64,000 nucleotides of DNA from Rhizophagus irregularis. Lineage: Eukaryota. Both the position numbers and the translations under genes were made by a program. Below, piece by piece: positions 14,059 to 25,957 of this stretch (position 1 is the first letter of the stretch; each line of letters begins with the position of its first letter). The stretch covers positions 4,650,001 through 4,714,000 of the forward strand of contig NC_089435.1 of assembly GCF_026210795.1 (NCBI RefSeq). Direction: 5' to 3'. The notes beneath the pieces are model-generated. The model was not told where the DNA came from. It searched no databases and worked only from the letters and a program-made list of their open reading frames with translations.

Positions 14059-15441
14059 TAGATTTGTATAATTAGATTGTAAAATATTTTACTTCATAGA
14101 CTTTTATTAGGAGACATTAATTCACATAGATAATAGAAACAATAATGATAAAAATGTAATATTATTATTTACACATTGTAATTGGAGTAATTGTAAGATA
14201 TAATTAAAGTAACTTTACAAGAAAATAGTTATATTTCTAAAAGTTTGGTAATTTCTTCTAGTTCTAACAAATCAATATCCATAATAATCTGGATCATAGC
14301 TTGACATGTGGAGTTACCTATATAATTTATTTAATTATAGACCAAATTTTTAAATAATATTAAAAATATTAATTTATAGTATATTAACATTATAATCATA
14401 TAATAAAAATAATAAAATTAATTAAAAAGGACAAGATTTTGGAAATTCTAGCTATAAAGTAGCATATGGAATTTAGAATTAAATTAAAATTAGAAAATTA
14501 TTAAATAATATCTAAAGCTTCTAATATAGTAAATATACAAATTTATATAATACAAATTAAAAAGAAAGTTAATTTAATGAAAATTTTTATTAATTTACAT
14601 ATTTTTAAAAGCTTTATATTTTAATGATAAAATACTAATTATTAAATAATATTATTTTTTTTTAATACAAAGAGTAACTATCCAAAATTATGCAAATCAT
14701 TATATAATACTAGTATAATAAATAATTTACAATCTTATTTTTATAATTATAATATAAAAGCAAATTTTTTATATTTTATATTTTTTTGGAATTTTTAAAA
14801 AATATGAAATTACTTATTAATTTTAATTTTTATTATACAATTTATAAAACTTAAAATAGCATAATTTAATTAAAAATAAATTTAAATCTTACTCCCAGAT
14901 GTGATGTTTAAATTTCACCTTTATTCCAAAAAAGGATATTTTGTATGCTGATTATTTAATTCTGACTAGAATTAATATATCATGTAATTTAACAAAAAAT
15001 CTAAAAAAAAAATTGTCAAATAAATTAAAAATGACATTCAAAACCATCTTTAATATTTTAAGTAAACTTACAGAATAGAAAAAATATATATAGTAAATAA
15101 TATCATACAGATGGTCTAATCTGTATCAAATTAAAGTTGATATTTTTGGCACAATTTAGGTGCTAATAATTCCAAATTCAGATTAATTATTTAACCAATA
15201 TTTAGACCTAAATTGACCAATATCAGATATTTAACATTAAAAATTAGTAAGCTGAATTATAATTTAGCAACCACTTATTTATTTTCAAATTTATTTAATT
15301 TTATTATCAAATTTATTAAGGGACAGATCGGCACTCAATGAGAGAAAATGATTGGCAAACTATAATTAATTTAACGGGTTTCGTAATTAATAAAAAAAAA
15401 ATTTTTGGAATTTTGCGTTCTTTACTATATAAACTGCCTCA

Positions 15442-18400
15442 ATGAGCAAAACAAAACAGTATGAAGTAACCCTTCTGGCCAAGGGAATTATTTCAGAAGA
15501 TTTACACTATGAAATACATGCACGAAATTGATGGAAACCACGCAAATTTGCTCAAACCAACTTTAATCCAATACCTTACCGACTATTTATGTCTGTTAAT
15601 TGTTGTCTTAACAGTAAAAATTTTGCAATAACAATTCTTAATGATGAGCAAACACAAAATCCATGTTTCCGTTGTGTTTGTGATGGTAAAGATTCTGGAA
15701 TTCAAGCGTCAGCGAGTGCAGCTATTAATAACATGTACATACAAATTTTTGGTAATAAAACAACAAAGTATTCAGGATTAATTGTTATGGGATTTGATAA
15801 TGAAGCAATTGTTCGTGAGTTAGTAGCTGATGTTTCATTTATTCCAATATTTATTTGTTTAGATAAAATAATAATTGTGGTTAGTAAAATTGGTGGTTCA
15901 TCTCGTGAAGGATATTATGGTGCCGGTCCAGGATATTTTTCTACACTTATAACAAAATATGCAGGCAAACAATCACTTTTTGTACAATCCATAGAAGATG
16001 AATGTAGTTTAGACATTTATAATGAAGGTGTTAAATTATACCATAATAAGAATACTACACCTAATAAAATTTGGGAAACTATTGATATTCACAAAAAATA
16101 TGATGGAGTGGCTTTATTCGGAATTACTGATCCATATGTTCAACAAAAATTGGAAGAACTGAATAAATTAGAAAAAAGTAAATTAGAAAAGAGTAAAAAT
16201 TTAATCACTTGTACAAGTGATAATTGGGAAAATATTGATATATTGAATCTTATATTTGAGCAAAATATAAAAAAACGTAAAATTGCTACTAGTACATTTT
16301 CAGATTGGTCAAACTTATTTACAAATTGGTATAAACAAACTAATACAATAATTCAATTTCCCACAATTTTATTTCAAATTTATCCAAATAATTACCAATT
16401 CTAAGAAAAAGAATTAAACGCGTGGTGAGCAATGTTTTGTGCCGCTGGTTGTACCAATATCACTCCACTTGTAAAAAAAAGCATATAATTGAATTTTGGA
16501 CAAAAGCATCAGATCCTTCGTCTGATAGGGATAATCTAGTAAAACTTTTTGAATCAGAAATGTTATTGGTAATGGAAAAGAAATCTCAACCTAATAGCGA
16601 AAGTGAAAAAATTTGGGAAAGTTTACAAAAAGCTTTAGAAGCAAATAAAAGAGGAGTTGATGGAAAAGTTAGGATTCTTTCAATAATTGCCAAAAATTTT
16701 ACATATAAAAAACTCAATGAGAAGTTTGGGGTAAAGTTAAAAATTATATTTATTGAATTTATTATAAATAAATCTTAAAAATAACTAAATACTTACATAT
16801 AGGTAGGAAATAATATAATTAATTCTGCACGAAAATATGCAAGACTTAATGGACCAGGAGCACCAAGCCTAATAAAACCCAAAAGAACTGTTAAACAAAT
16901 GTCTGAAATTAAAGAAAAGCAATTTTTAATGTTTTTTCAAGATCGAAGTATAGTTACGCAAAGTTCTTACCAGGTGGATAAGAATGGATCACCAATATTA
17001 TATATGCGTGATCAAAAAATCAAACTGTGGAAAAAATTTGAAGAAACTTTTCCTAATGGTATGAAAAAGACATCATTTTTGGGCCGATTAGCAAATTGTA
17101 ATAATATCAAATATCGGAATGATATAGGTGGACTTTGCCTTACCTGTAATGAATAAGGTTGCTTGTCTAAACCTCTTCAAAATCCTACGATTAGTTTCGT
17201 CAAAATTTTACTATAGATTTATTATAGTTTCGGCAGAGTTTCGGCAGTTTCAGCATTTATAATAAGTTTCGGCAGTTTCGCTATTCTCCAAAATTTCGCC
17301 AGTTTTTTAATATAACTTTAATATAGTTTCAGCAGAATTTCGCTTTTCGGTGAAACGCCATCTTGCCTAAACCCCTAGGTTTCGGCAAGCAACCTTAGTA
17401 ATGAATATGGCTATACTCCATTTGAGTCTTTAATAGCTATTGCACACAATATATTTTCATAAAAAGATCAGTTAGTAAGTAAAATTTTTAATAAACAAAT
17501 TATTTTAGTTTGAAAATATTATAATTTACCTTTTATTAATATTTTTAAAATAATGCATTGCGAAAAATTGACACTTTAAAGCGTCACTTGCATCGTGGTT
17601 ATGAAAGAGAATTGGCAGTTAATGCTGATGGTACAACACAACATAATCCCTGTATTTCTCATTGTTTACCATATGCCTTTGGAAAATGTTTGGAAAAACA
17701 TAAGTCACGATGCTCAGAGTGTGATAAATTTTTTGAATTTTTTGAATTTATGCACCCACATGTAAATGAAGATCAAGCAGCTTTTTTAGAAGAAATAAAA
17801 GAACATTTGCAGTATTTCTTAGCCCATACAACACGAAAAGTATACTTGAATGCTCAATTTAAAGCTACATTGGCCAATCTTGATGAGAATGGTGCATTAT
17901 TTATTGCTGATTACAAGATGAGAATTTTGCCAAGATCTGCTAGGGAAACTAAAGCAGAATTTTTTGGCAAACGTGGCTGGACTCTTCACACAATCCTAGT
18001 TTTTACAAAAAAAAATAATTGTGCAGAGTTAGATATACGAGCTTATGATCACTGGTCAACTGACACCAAGCAGGATGCTTGGTTTACTGCCTCCTCATTT
18101 GAAGCTGTTTTTGAAACAATAAAAAATAAACCAAAATGGATTAGAATAATTTCAGATAATGGGGCACATTACCATTCATCAGTACTTATGGCCATAGTTT
18201 CACATTGGAATGAATGGTATCAAATTGAGGTTTGTGATTGGCAATTTCTTGAACTGGGTGAAGCTAAAACAACCATTGATTTCCATCACGCTGCAGTAAG
18301 TACTATTGTTATAAAGCTATTGCAATAAATTTTACATTAAAATTACCTTTTTTTTAGATTTCTCATTCAATCAAACGATATATTCGGATTGGATATGATA

Positions 18401-19299
18401 TTCATGATGGAGAGGATATAGTGGAAGCAGCTAAACATTTATCTGGTACATCACTGGCAAATTTAGAACCAAATCGAAGTCAATTTGGACCTGAAGATGA
18501 AAATTCAAATAATGTTAGCAAAAAAGAACTAAATACAAAACCAAACGTCAAAACAATAAAAGGTATTTCAAATTTGTTTTACTGGAAATGGCCAATTTCT
18601 GGTGAAATGATAGGTTATATATGTGCGCGATCACTCCCACATTTTGGTCCATGGAATAATTTTTCTCCTTCTGCAATTGCCAATCTTTGCACCAAACCAA
18701 TTGTTCGTTCCCATCCAAAGATTTCTGAACAAACTGAACCCGAATCATCTTGGACAATTCTTCTGCTAGGTAATCAATTGAAATAAATGTCTTTTTTCAT
18801 AAACATATTTGACTAATAATGTATTTTATAGATATAAATTCAACCAGTATACCGGAATTTATGGATAATAATAATAGTAGTGATGAATTAGAAGATGTAA
18901 GGTAAATAAACGTGTAGCTTAAACAAACATAACAAACATAATTGAAAATTATAATCTTACATTTTTTTGCGTTGAATTAGTTCTGTTGATGCGAATTTTC
19001 AATTTTCCATGGGATGGGCATTAAAAAGCAATCAAAAACTAGGAGGAAAAGGAAAAGGAAAAAGAATGAAAAAGAAAGTAAAAGAGTTGTTGAAAAGTTT
19101 TTTTTTGAACGGAAACCTCAATCAAAAGGATAAAATGTCAGCAAAGGAGATGTATAATGAACTACTGATATTTGTTGAATCTGGAGAGTTAGAAGCTGAT
19201 GATATTCCTAAGATAGCAACAATACAAAACTGGATTTCAACTTACACACGAACATTCAAAGAACAAGCTACAGAAAATATGGTAAACAACGCACCATAA
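15442..19299 (+). pseudogene. Sola3-like DDD transposase, intron-containing and disrupted
   Basis: Motifs IADYKMRILP..RE..EFFGKRGWTLH, SDNGAHYH and GEAKTTID. Introns include 16731-16802 and 18296-18357. Stops at 15529 and 16402, frameshift near 16478, MITE insertion at 17154. Confidence 0.8.
17154..17397 (+). mobile_element. 244-bp hAT-type MITE, family copy 1
   Basis: TIR TAAGGTTGCTTG.C.AAACCT. 8-bp TSD GTAATGAA. Confidence 0.95.
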
Positions 19300-19997
19300 T
19301 ATAGTATAATAAGCAGAACTTTGTAAATAATATAAAATATTAGTGATTAAGAACAATATTCAGTATATAAAAGATAAAAAAAAATAAAAAAACGAAGCTA
19401 AATTAAAACTAAATAAAGGGTTAAAAACTAAATAAGAAGCAAAATTAGCTCATTTTTGATCGAAATTGTTCAAAAATAAATCATCTAAAATTTGAATCAA
19501 CTGGAAATTTATAGCCAGAATCTCGCGTTCCTCCATAGTAAAGTCAAAGATGTGGAACTTTAGCGACGTCAAATTTTGCAAGTGGCTTAGCTAGGATTGA
19601 TACTATTAATTACCATTTTTAAAATTTGTATAACATATCATGTGGTGAGCCGATGACCCGGTAAAAAAGGAGTATTAGCCATTTTTAGCAATGATCTGCA
19701 TAAATCGGAATTAGTAAATTTCTCTTATTGAGTGATGATCTGTCCCTTAAATATATTTATTAAATACAATCAACTCTCTTTATAGTCACACATTTGGGAC
19801 AGTCCATATTTGGTGATTATAAAGTGACTATATAAAAAATTTCTTATATTAGTATATCATAATTCCAGCCAAAAATTAACATAATTTTGGCCAAAATTAT
19901 ACTTAAAATTTTATTATATCATAATTCTGCCAATATTACTAATTGTAGAGAGATGATCTTACCACCATTTGATTCGTCTCAATGAGACGGTTCTAAT

Positions 19998-20242
19998 CAG
20001 TATTTATTTTTCACTGTGCGGCATGTGCGTAGCGCACACTGATCAGAATTTTGCGCACACCTTTTTTAGAAAGGATGTATGGCGTACGCGCACAAAAAAT
20101 TTTGAAATATCCTTATATGATTGGGCGCATATGTATTACAGTGCCTATTATAGTAGTATAGCCATACCACTTTGCCGCACAGTAAGACTCAATAAATTGT
20201 GCGCAATCCACACAGTAACTTTTTATCGAAAAATTAACACTG
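19998..20242. mobile_element. hAT-type MITE (245 bp)
   Basis: TIR CAGT(A/G)TT(T/A)ATTTTT. 8-bp TSD GTTCTAAT (19990-19997, 20243-20250). Internal GCGCAC motifs. Confidence 0.9.
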
Positions 20243-20711
20243 GTTCTAATGGTATAAAATATATTAAAATCCAGAAATCCAATCACTAGATTAATTTCCA
20301 AAATTAAAAAAATATTAATGGTTTTTGTGTAATAACTCTGCCAATATTGATCCTAGGGAGACGATCTTACTACCATTCGATTCATCTTAATGTAACTAAT
20401 CTAATGGTATAAAATACATCAAAATCCAATCACTAGATCAATTTTCAAAATTAAAAAATATTAAATGGTTTTTAAGTAGTAACTCTGTTAATATTGATTA
20501 TAGAGAGATGAGCTTACCACCATTCGATTCGTCTTGATGGGCGATTCCAACGAGCTATTAATCATCTTTTTACAATCACTAAGTACTGAGAAATTTAGCA
20601 AAATGTTAAATGGCGCAGTAAACGTAAATCAAGAAATATAATAATGCCGATACTTAACATTTTGTTGAATAATTCATCAGCCAGTGATTGTAAAAGGATA
20701 AAACTCCCTTT

Positions 20712-21113
20712 TTTGGCAACAGTTTCTCAGGATTTCTGGATTTCTTGGATATCCTCTTCTATAATTCAGGATGGATCTTGGATCTCGCACTTGGATTTTC
20801 TGCGCCGCTTAACAGTTCAACTTCTTAGGATTTCTTTCTGATAACAGACTGGATTTTTGGATGTTAGATAATTGATTTATACTGGCCTTCAGGTAAAGTT
20901 GGAGTATGCGATTCTGTAATAGTCTAGTTTTCTTTGCTTTAATTTTATTTTAGTTTAGATTTCTTTACTTGTATGAGTTGTGAAGCTATTCTTTTTATTT
21001 TTTATTAGTTTATTTTCTTATTTTGTAATATTGTTCGATTTTTTGATTTTTGAAGTTAAAATATAAATAAAAGATAAAGTCATAAGACTGTTTGCACAGT
21101 AAAAGGATAAAAC
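20712..21113 (+). repeat. ~400-bp direct repeat, copy 1 (partner at 41186-41588)
   Basis: Colinear, highly similar sequence from TTTGGC.ACAGTTT to GACTGTTTGCACAGTAAAAGGATAAAAC. Confidence 0.92.
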
Positions 21114-21282
21114 TAAAAACTAAACTTTCTCCTATTGCCCTTACGACAGTATTTTGTTGGAAAAAATATTTTTATTTTTCTGGGGTTTTCTTTTCTTTTT
21201 TTATTTTTCCTTAGGCCTTTGGCCTTTGAAACTTGCCTAGAACTATTTTAATATTACTTTTACTTTATTTTTCTTTTTTTTT

Positions 21283-22200
21283 TTGAGAGCTTTCTCTTAT
21301 ATTATTTACTATTTTCTTTGGTCCATTTTCTTTATGGGACATCAGAAAGAAAAATTCTCTCGTTCCTGTTCCAAACAAAAAACTAGTAATCTAACCTCAC
21401 CTTCCTTTTTCCCTTCTATTGCCCATGATGAAAAATGGTGCAAACTTGCTGACAAGTTAATGGACTCTCAACTTGCTTATATCAAATTGCCCCTAGTTAA
21501 TAGGTGGCAAAGTGTTATTACTTATGAAAAAAATTTGAAGGATTATGAATCCTCATATATTCCCTTGTATCTTCCTGATAATAAAGTCCTCACTACTTAT
21601 CGTCTTGCGTTAGCAGACTCTTCTCGTTATCTTAAATTTTTTCATTTACGTGACCAAAAATATTTGAAATTTGTGGATTTTTGGCGTACCCCCTCTGAAA
21701 GATCAACATTGAAAGATTTCAGAAATTCTTTATTTTCAGAATTTATGCCTCCTACAGTTGTTCCTGCATTTATGCCTGATGATCATCAAGATGACTTTTC
21801 TGATATGACGCTAGATCCTGTCCTTCAATCTGTAATACAAAACCCTGCTTTTCAACAGATTTGGCCTATAGGACCAGATCCATATACTTTTGACTCTGAT
21901 GGTGAAATGGACGAATTTCTTCTCCCTGACTATCCTATTCAACTTATTCCAATTGATTATAAAAATAATGCTACTCAGTGTCACTCTTCTCGTCCATTGA
22001 ATTATGATGATGATGATAGTGATCTCTCTACTTATGTCCCTTCCACTTCAATTAGCGTTGCTCAACTAATGTCAGATACTGGGCTTTCTATTGCTACAGC
22101 TACTCGTCTTGTTGCTAAACTTCCTGCTTTACATGCTGCTGCTAAAGCTATATTTGCTCTACCCATTGTACCCCTTCTAGACAGATCAATTCTTTTATAG
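21283..22200 (+). CDS. Hypothetical protein in the repeat-delimited segment (likely start ATG 21334)
   Basis: 305-codon ORF in AT-rich DNA with a pyrimidine-rich coding strand. No recognisable domain. Confidence 0.5.
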   Translation: MRAFSYIIYYFLWSIFFMGHQKEKFSRSCSKQKTSNLTSPSFFPSIAHDEKWCKLADKLMDSQLAYIKLPLVNRWQSVITYEKNLKDYESSYIPLYLPDNKVLTTYRLALADSSRYLKFFHLRDQKYLKFVDFWRTPSERSTLKDFRNSLFSEFMPPTVVPAFMPDDHQDDFSDMTLDPVLQSVIQNPAFQQIWPIGPDPYTFDSDGEMDEFLLPDYPIQLIPIDYKNNATQCHSSRPLNYDDDDSDLSTYVPSTSISVAQLMSDTGLSIATATRLVAKLPALHAAAKAIFALPIVPLLDRSILL

Positions 22201-22524
22201 ATTTTGACAAACTTCTCTCAGTTTACGATGTTCCTCTTTTGCCATGTACTTTTGACGCATCTACGTTGAATGATGATTCTGAGTACGAACCGTATGATTC
22301 TGATGATGACTTGCTTTTCTCCTTTTCATCTTTCGATGACTCTTCTTTTATGAGTCCTCTCTTAAAATCTATAATCTATTGTTTCTTTTTCGATCACCTT
22401 TCCTCTATTTTGCTTTGATCTTGGTCCTTTGGTAGCAGTTTCTACTATAATGTTTTCAAATGATATTCCTGAATATAAACCCTTTTTTATCAGCTTCTTT
22501 TTTGATTTTTCAAAATTTGAACGT

Positions 22525-24159
22525 TGTAGCCATAGATACTGAAGTAATCGCATAATATGGAGGAATAATATGGAATAAAAGATCAAACGATAGAAAGTCA
22601 CATGATTGGATAAAATTAACTGGAAAGGATAAACTTTTAGGAGAAGGAATGATCTACATGATGTAATGTTTATTAAATGATTAACGGAGAACCAATAGAT
22701 CAAGTAGGAAGTTGATCGATGTGGCTTAGCAACCAGTTTATCAAGTTCAACAATAGGAACAATTAGGAGGAGTAATCATAAGCCACAAATGATAAATCAT
22801 ATAAAAAGGAAGGATAGCGAATTAAAGGAACAAAAAAATAGGAACATGTAAAATATTGATGAACTGCAGCCGCAGTAGAAGAATAGCTGACGAGACGCAG
22901 TAGAAAAGATAGCACAGCCACAAAAGATGGATTTTTACGATATAATATTTGAAAGATTATTTTATTTTAAAGAAAAGATAGCACAGCCACAAAAGATGGA
23001 TCTTTACGATATAATATTTGAAAGATTATTTTATTTTAAAGAAAAGATAGCACAGCCACAAAAGATGGATCTTTACGATATAATTAAGGTTGCTTGTCTA
23101 AACCTCTTCAAAATCCTACGATTAGTTTCGTCAAAATTTTACTATAGATTTATTATAGTTTCGGCAGAGTTTCGGCAGTTTCGGCATTTATAATAAGTTT
23201 TGGCAGTTTCGCCTTTCTCCAAAGTTTCGCCAGTTTTTTAATATAACTTTAATATAGTTTCGGCAGAATTTCGCTTTTCGGCAAAACGCCATCTTGCCTA
23301 AACCCCTAGGTTTCGGCAAGCAACCTTAGATATAATATTTGAAAGATTATCTTATTTTAAAGAAAAGATAGCACAGCCACAAAAGATGGATCTTTACGAT
23401 ATAATATTTGAAAGATTATTTTATTTTAAAGAAAAGATAGCACAGCCACAAAAGATGGATTATATCTTTACGACATAATATTTGAAAGATTATTTTGAAG
23501 AAAAGATAGCGTATTAAAATAGTATAATATATTAGAAAAGATAATATATAAATAGCATATAAGATAGCGCATAAAAGGGAACACATAACATAAAATATTA
23601 GAAAGAAATAAGAAGTAAGAAAAGAAAGAATAAGAAAGTTAGTTTAAATAGGAGCGGAATGGGAGGTGAATTCCACAGTCGTCAGATACGATGTAAAACT
23701 TTAAGTAAATTAGTTAGTTGTGAATTTTATGAAGAATAAATAAAATACCTTTTATATGAAAATTAATTGTTTCGATTGTTTTTGTTACTATTTTCTTATG
23801 ATGAAAAAGTAATTTTGTTCAATTAACTGTTAGTAAAGCGTAATGTTATTTTAAAGGTAATAGGTTCGCCCTAAACTTTATTGTAATGTTCGCTTAATTA
23901 ATTTTAATTGGATAAATTCATGGTGAATTTAATGTCATAGCAAGAATTATGAAATAAATAAAATATAAACTTTCATAAAGAGAACTATCGTAAATTTGAA
24001 AGAAGAGAAAGGATGAAATATCGCGGCGAGAGCTATCGCAATTTGAAAGTTAAGTAGTAATAAAACTAAACCAAGCAAGAATATTAATATTTCGTGGAGA
24101 ACGAATATACGTTAAAGCAGGGAAGCTTGTTTACCGCCGGGTGGCAGACGGGGATGACA
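22525..24159 (+). repeat. 5' LTR (1383 bp plus a 252-bp MITE insertion)
   Basis: TGTAGCC...TGACA, near-identical to 34508-35890. Contains 69-bp tandem repeats. Confidence 0.97.
23085..23328 (+). mobile_element. 244-bp hAT-type MITE, copy 2, present in the 5' LTR only
   Basis: Same TIR as copy 1. TSD GATATAAT. Confidence 0.95.
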
Positions 24160-24162
24160 ATT

Positions 24163-24178
24163 TGGTGCATGCTCCGAG
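24163..24178 (+). promoter_or_regulatory. Primer-binding site, probably for tRNA-Gly
   Basis: TGGTGCATGCTCCGAG lies 3 nt after the LTR. Its complement ...GCATGCACCA resembles a tRNA-Gly 3' end. Confidence 0.75.
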
Positions 24179-24729
24179 AAAGGAAATGTTGACTTTGCGT
24201 CGACATTTTGACTATCTTCTTATAGTCAAGTACCTATGCGGTATTAAGAAGGAATCGGTCAACAACTAAGTGAATTGATCACTCGCGAAGGAAAAGATCG
24301 TTCTGATCATGGTACCGACGTGGTATTCCGAAGAATCTGAACTCAGAAAAAGAGGTGTTAGAATTAAAATATAATATTGGGAAAAAAGGTTGTAAGTACC
24401 TGAAAAACTTTAAAATGGGAACGGGCGAAATAGCGATATTGTACACCTACCTTAGGAATTATAAAAAGAAGGATGCGGTGATATGATGGAATATAATGAA
24501 CTCGTTTCAAAGTAATAGATTTGTTACAAGAATATCCGGAAAAGTATTGTAGTAAGTCACAAAAGTTGTCGTCTTTAAAGTTTTTGCGCTAATAATTGTA
24601 AAACCAAGAAATTAAGGAAGCCCTCGTAAGATGTTGTATTCTGGGAGGGGCACCATTGTATTTTGCAGATGCCAGAAGTTCCTGGGGATACAATGTTGTA
24701 ACGAAAAGCTGACGAGTAAACTATAAACT

Positions 24730-24824
24730 CAAGGGTTACGTGGGAACCTGTTACCAAAACACAAGGGTTGCATGGGAACCTATTTAAAACACAAGGGTTA
24801 CGTGGGAACCTATTACAAAAACAC
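24730..24824 (+). repeat. Three ~30-bp tandem repeats in the retroelement leader
   Basis: Unit CAAGGGTTACGTGGGAACCT.TT..AAAACA. Confidence 0.85.
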
Positions 24825-25190
24825 CGGCTGTGAATATAACTTCTTCAGATGGGAATCGAAATAATTGGACTCAGACGTGAGTGGAACATCTCCCTACTGA
24901 AAGCATTTTGAAAATGCGTAATTGAATTCACAAGGCAAAAAGAGAAACTATCATCGTGAGTATAACTTCTTCAGATAAAACTGAAAGCATTTAGGAAAAT
25001 GCGCAATTGAACTCACGAAAAGACGATGAACGTTATGGAATAATGCGAAATTTAGGAATATTTGCTGGTCAAATGATGAAATGTGAGTAACAAACCTTGA
25101 AACTACTATACTTCATTGGGAAGGTAAAGGCAAGCCAAGTATAGGTTATTAAATTGTAAAAGATAATAAATAAGAAGAAACACCGTTAAA

Positions 25191-25310
25191 TAAGTATAAA
25201 TGCGTGTGTCGCATAAGTATAAATGCGTGTGTCGCATAAGTATAGATGCGTGTGTCGCATAAGTGAAGATGCGTGTGTCGCATAAAGTATAATATGTTGT
25301 GTGTCGACAT
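25191..25310 (+). repeat. 23-bp tandem repeat, four copies plus one degenerate
   Basis: Unit TAAGTATAAATGCGTGTGTCGCA. Confidence 0.9.
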
Positions 25311-25957
25311 AATGGTTATAATAAGAGTTAGTACAAGATTAAACAAAGAAGATATTTTGCGTAATATTAAATATATAGATGTAAAGATTACATATATAAT
25401 GAAAAAGAACTAAAAATTCACGAACTTTAGAAGTTATGAGAATTTTGAAGTTCGTGAAATGCGAAAATTATAAATTTTGATGATAAAAGAAAATTTTGAG
25501 GCGCAGTAAAAACTTAGAAAATTTTTGAAATTTTTAGAATGCGCAGTAAAAACCTCCGCAGTCTGAGGAGATTGTGGACTTAGAATAATTTTTGAAATTT
25601 TAGGGCGCAGCAAAAATTAATGGTGAAATATGGCGCAGTAAATATATATATGAAGTTATGAAAGATAAAAATAGCAGAAGAAACTTGTGAAAATCAAAAA
25701 AAAAAAAGAGGATTTAAAGATTGAAAGATTAACATAAGAATATTATGAATAAGTAAAAGATTTAGAAAAAATAAGTTGTTAAATGAATATTCATAATGAA
25801 AGAAAGATTATACATTCAATATAGGTAATAGGAAAGGACAATATAGTAAAGGATGGTTAGAAGATCAAAATAGAAGCGATAAAAATGATATATAAGAGAG
25901 CGAAATTTCAATTTGAATTCTGGATGAATATTTATAATAATTTAATTAGAGTATACG

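Larger units (their letters stand above)
15320..19746 (+). mobile_element. Sola3-like DNA transposon
   Basis: ~28-bp TIR GGGACAGATC..CACTCAAT.AGAGAAA. TTAA TSD (15316-15319, 19747-19750). Internal multi-exon DDD transposase. Confidence 0.85.

Noticed and set aside
15320..19746. piggyBac or Kolobok assignment from the TTAA TSD
   Set aside because: The ends are GGG..CCC rather than CCY, and the protein motifs fit Sola3 better.
25191..25310. CRISPR-like array
   Set aside because: The repeats are contiguous with no unique spacers, and the context is eukaryotic.
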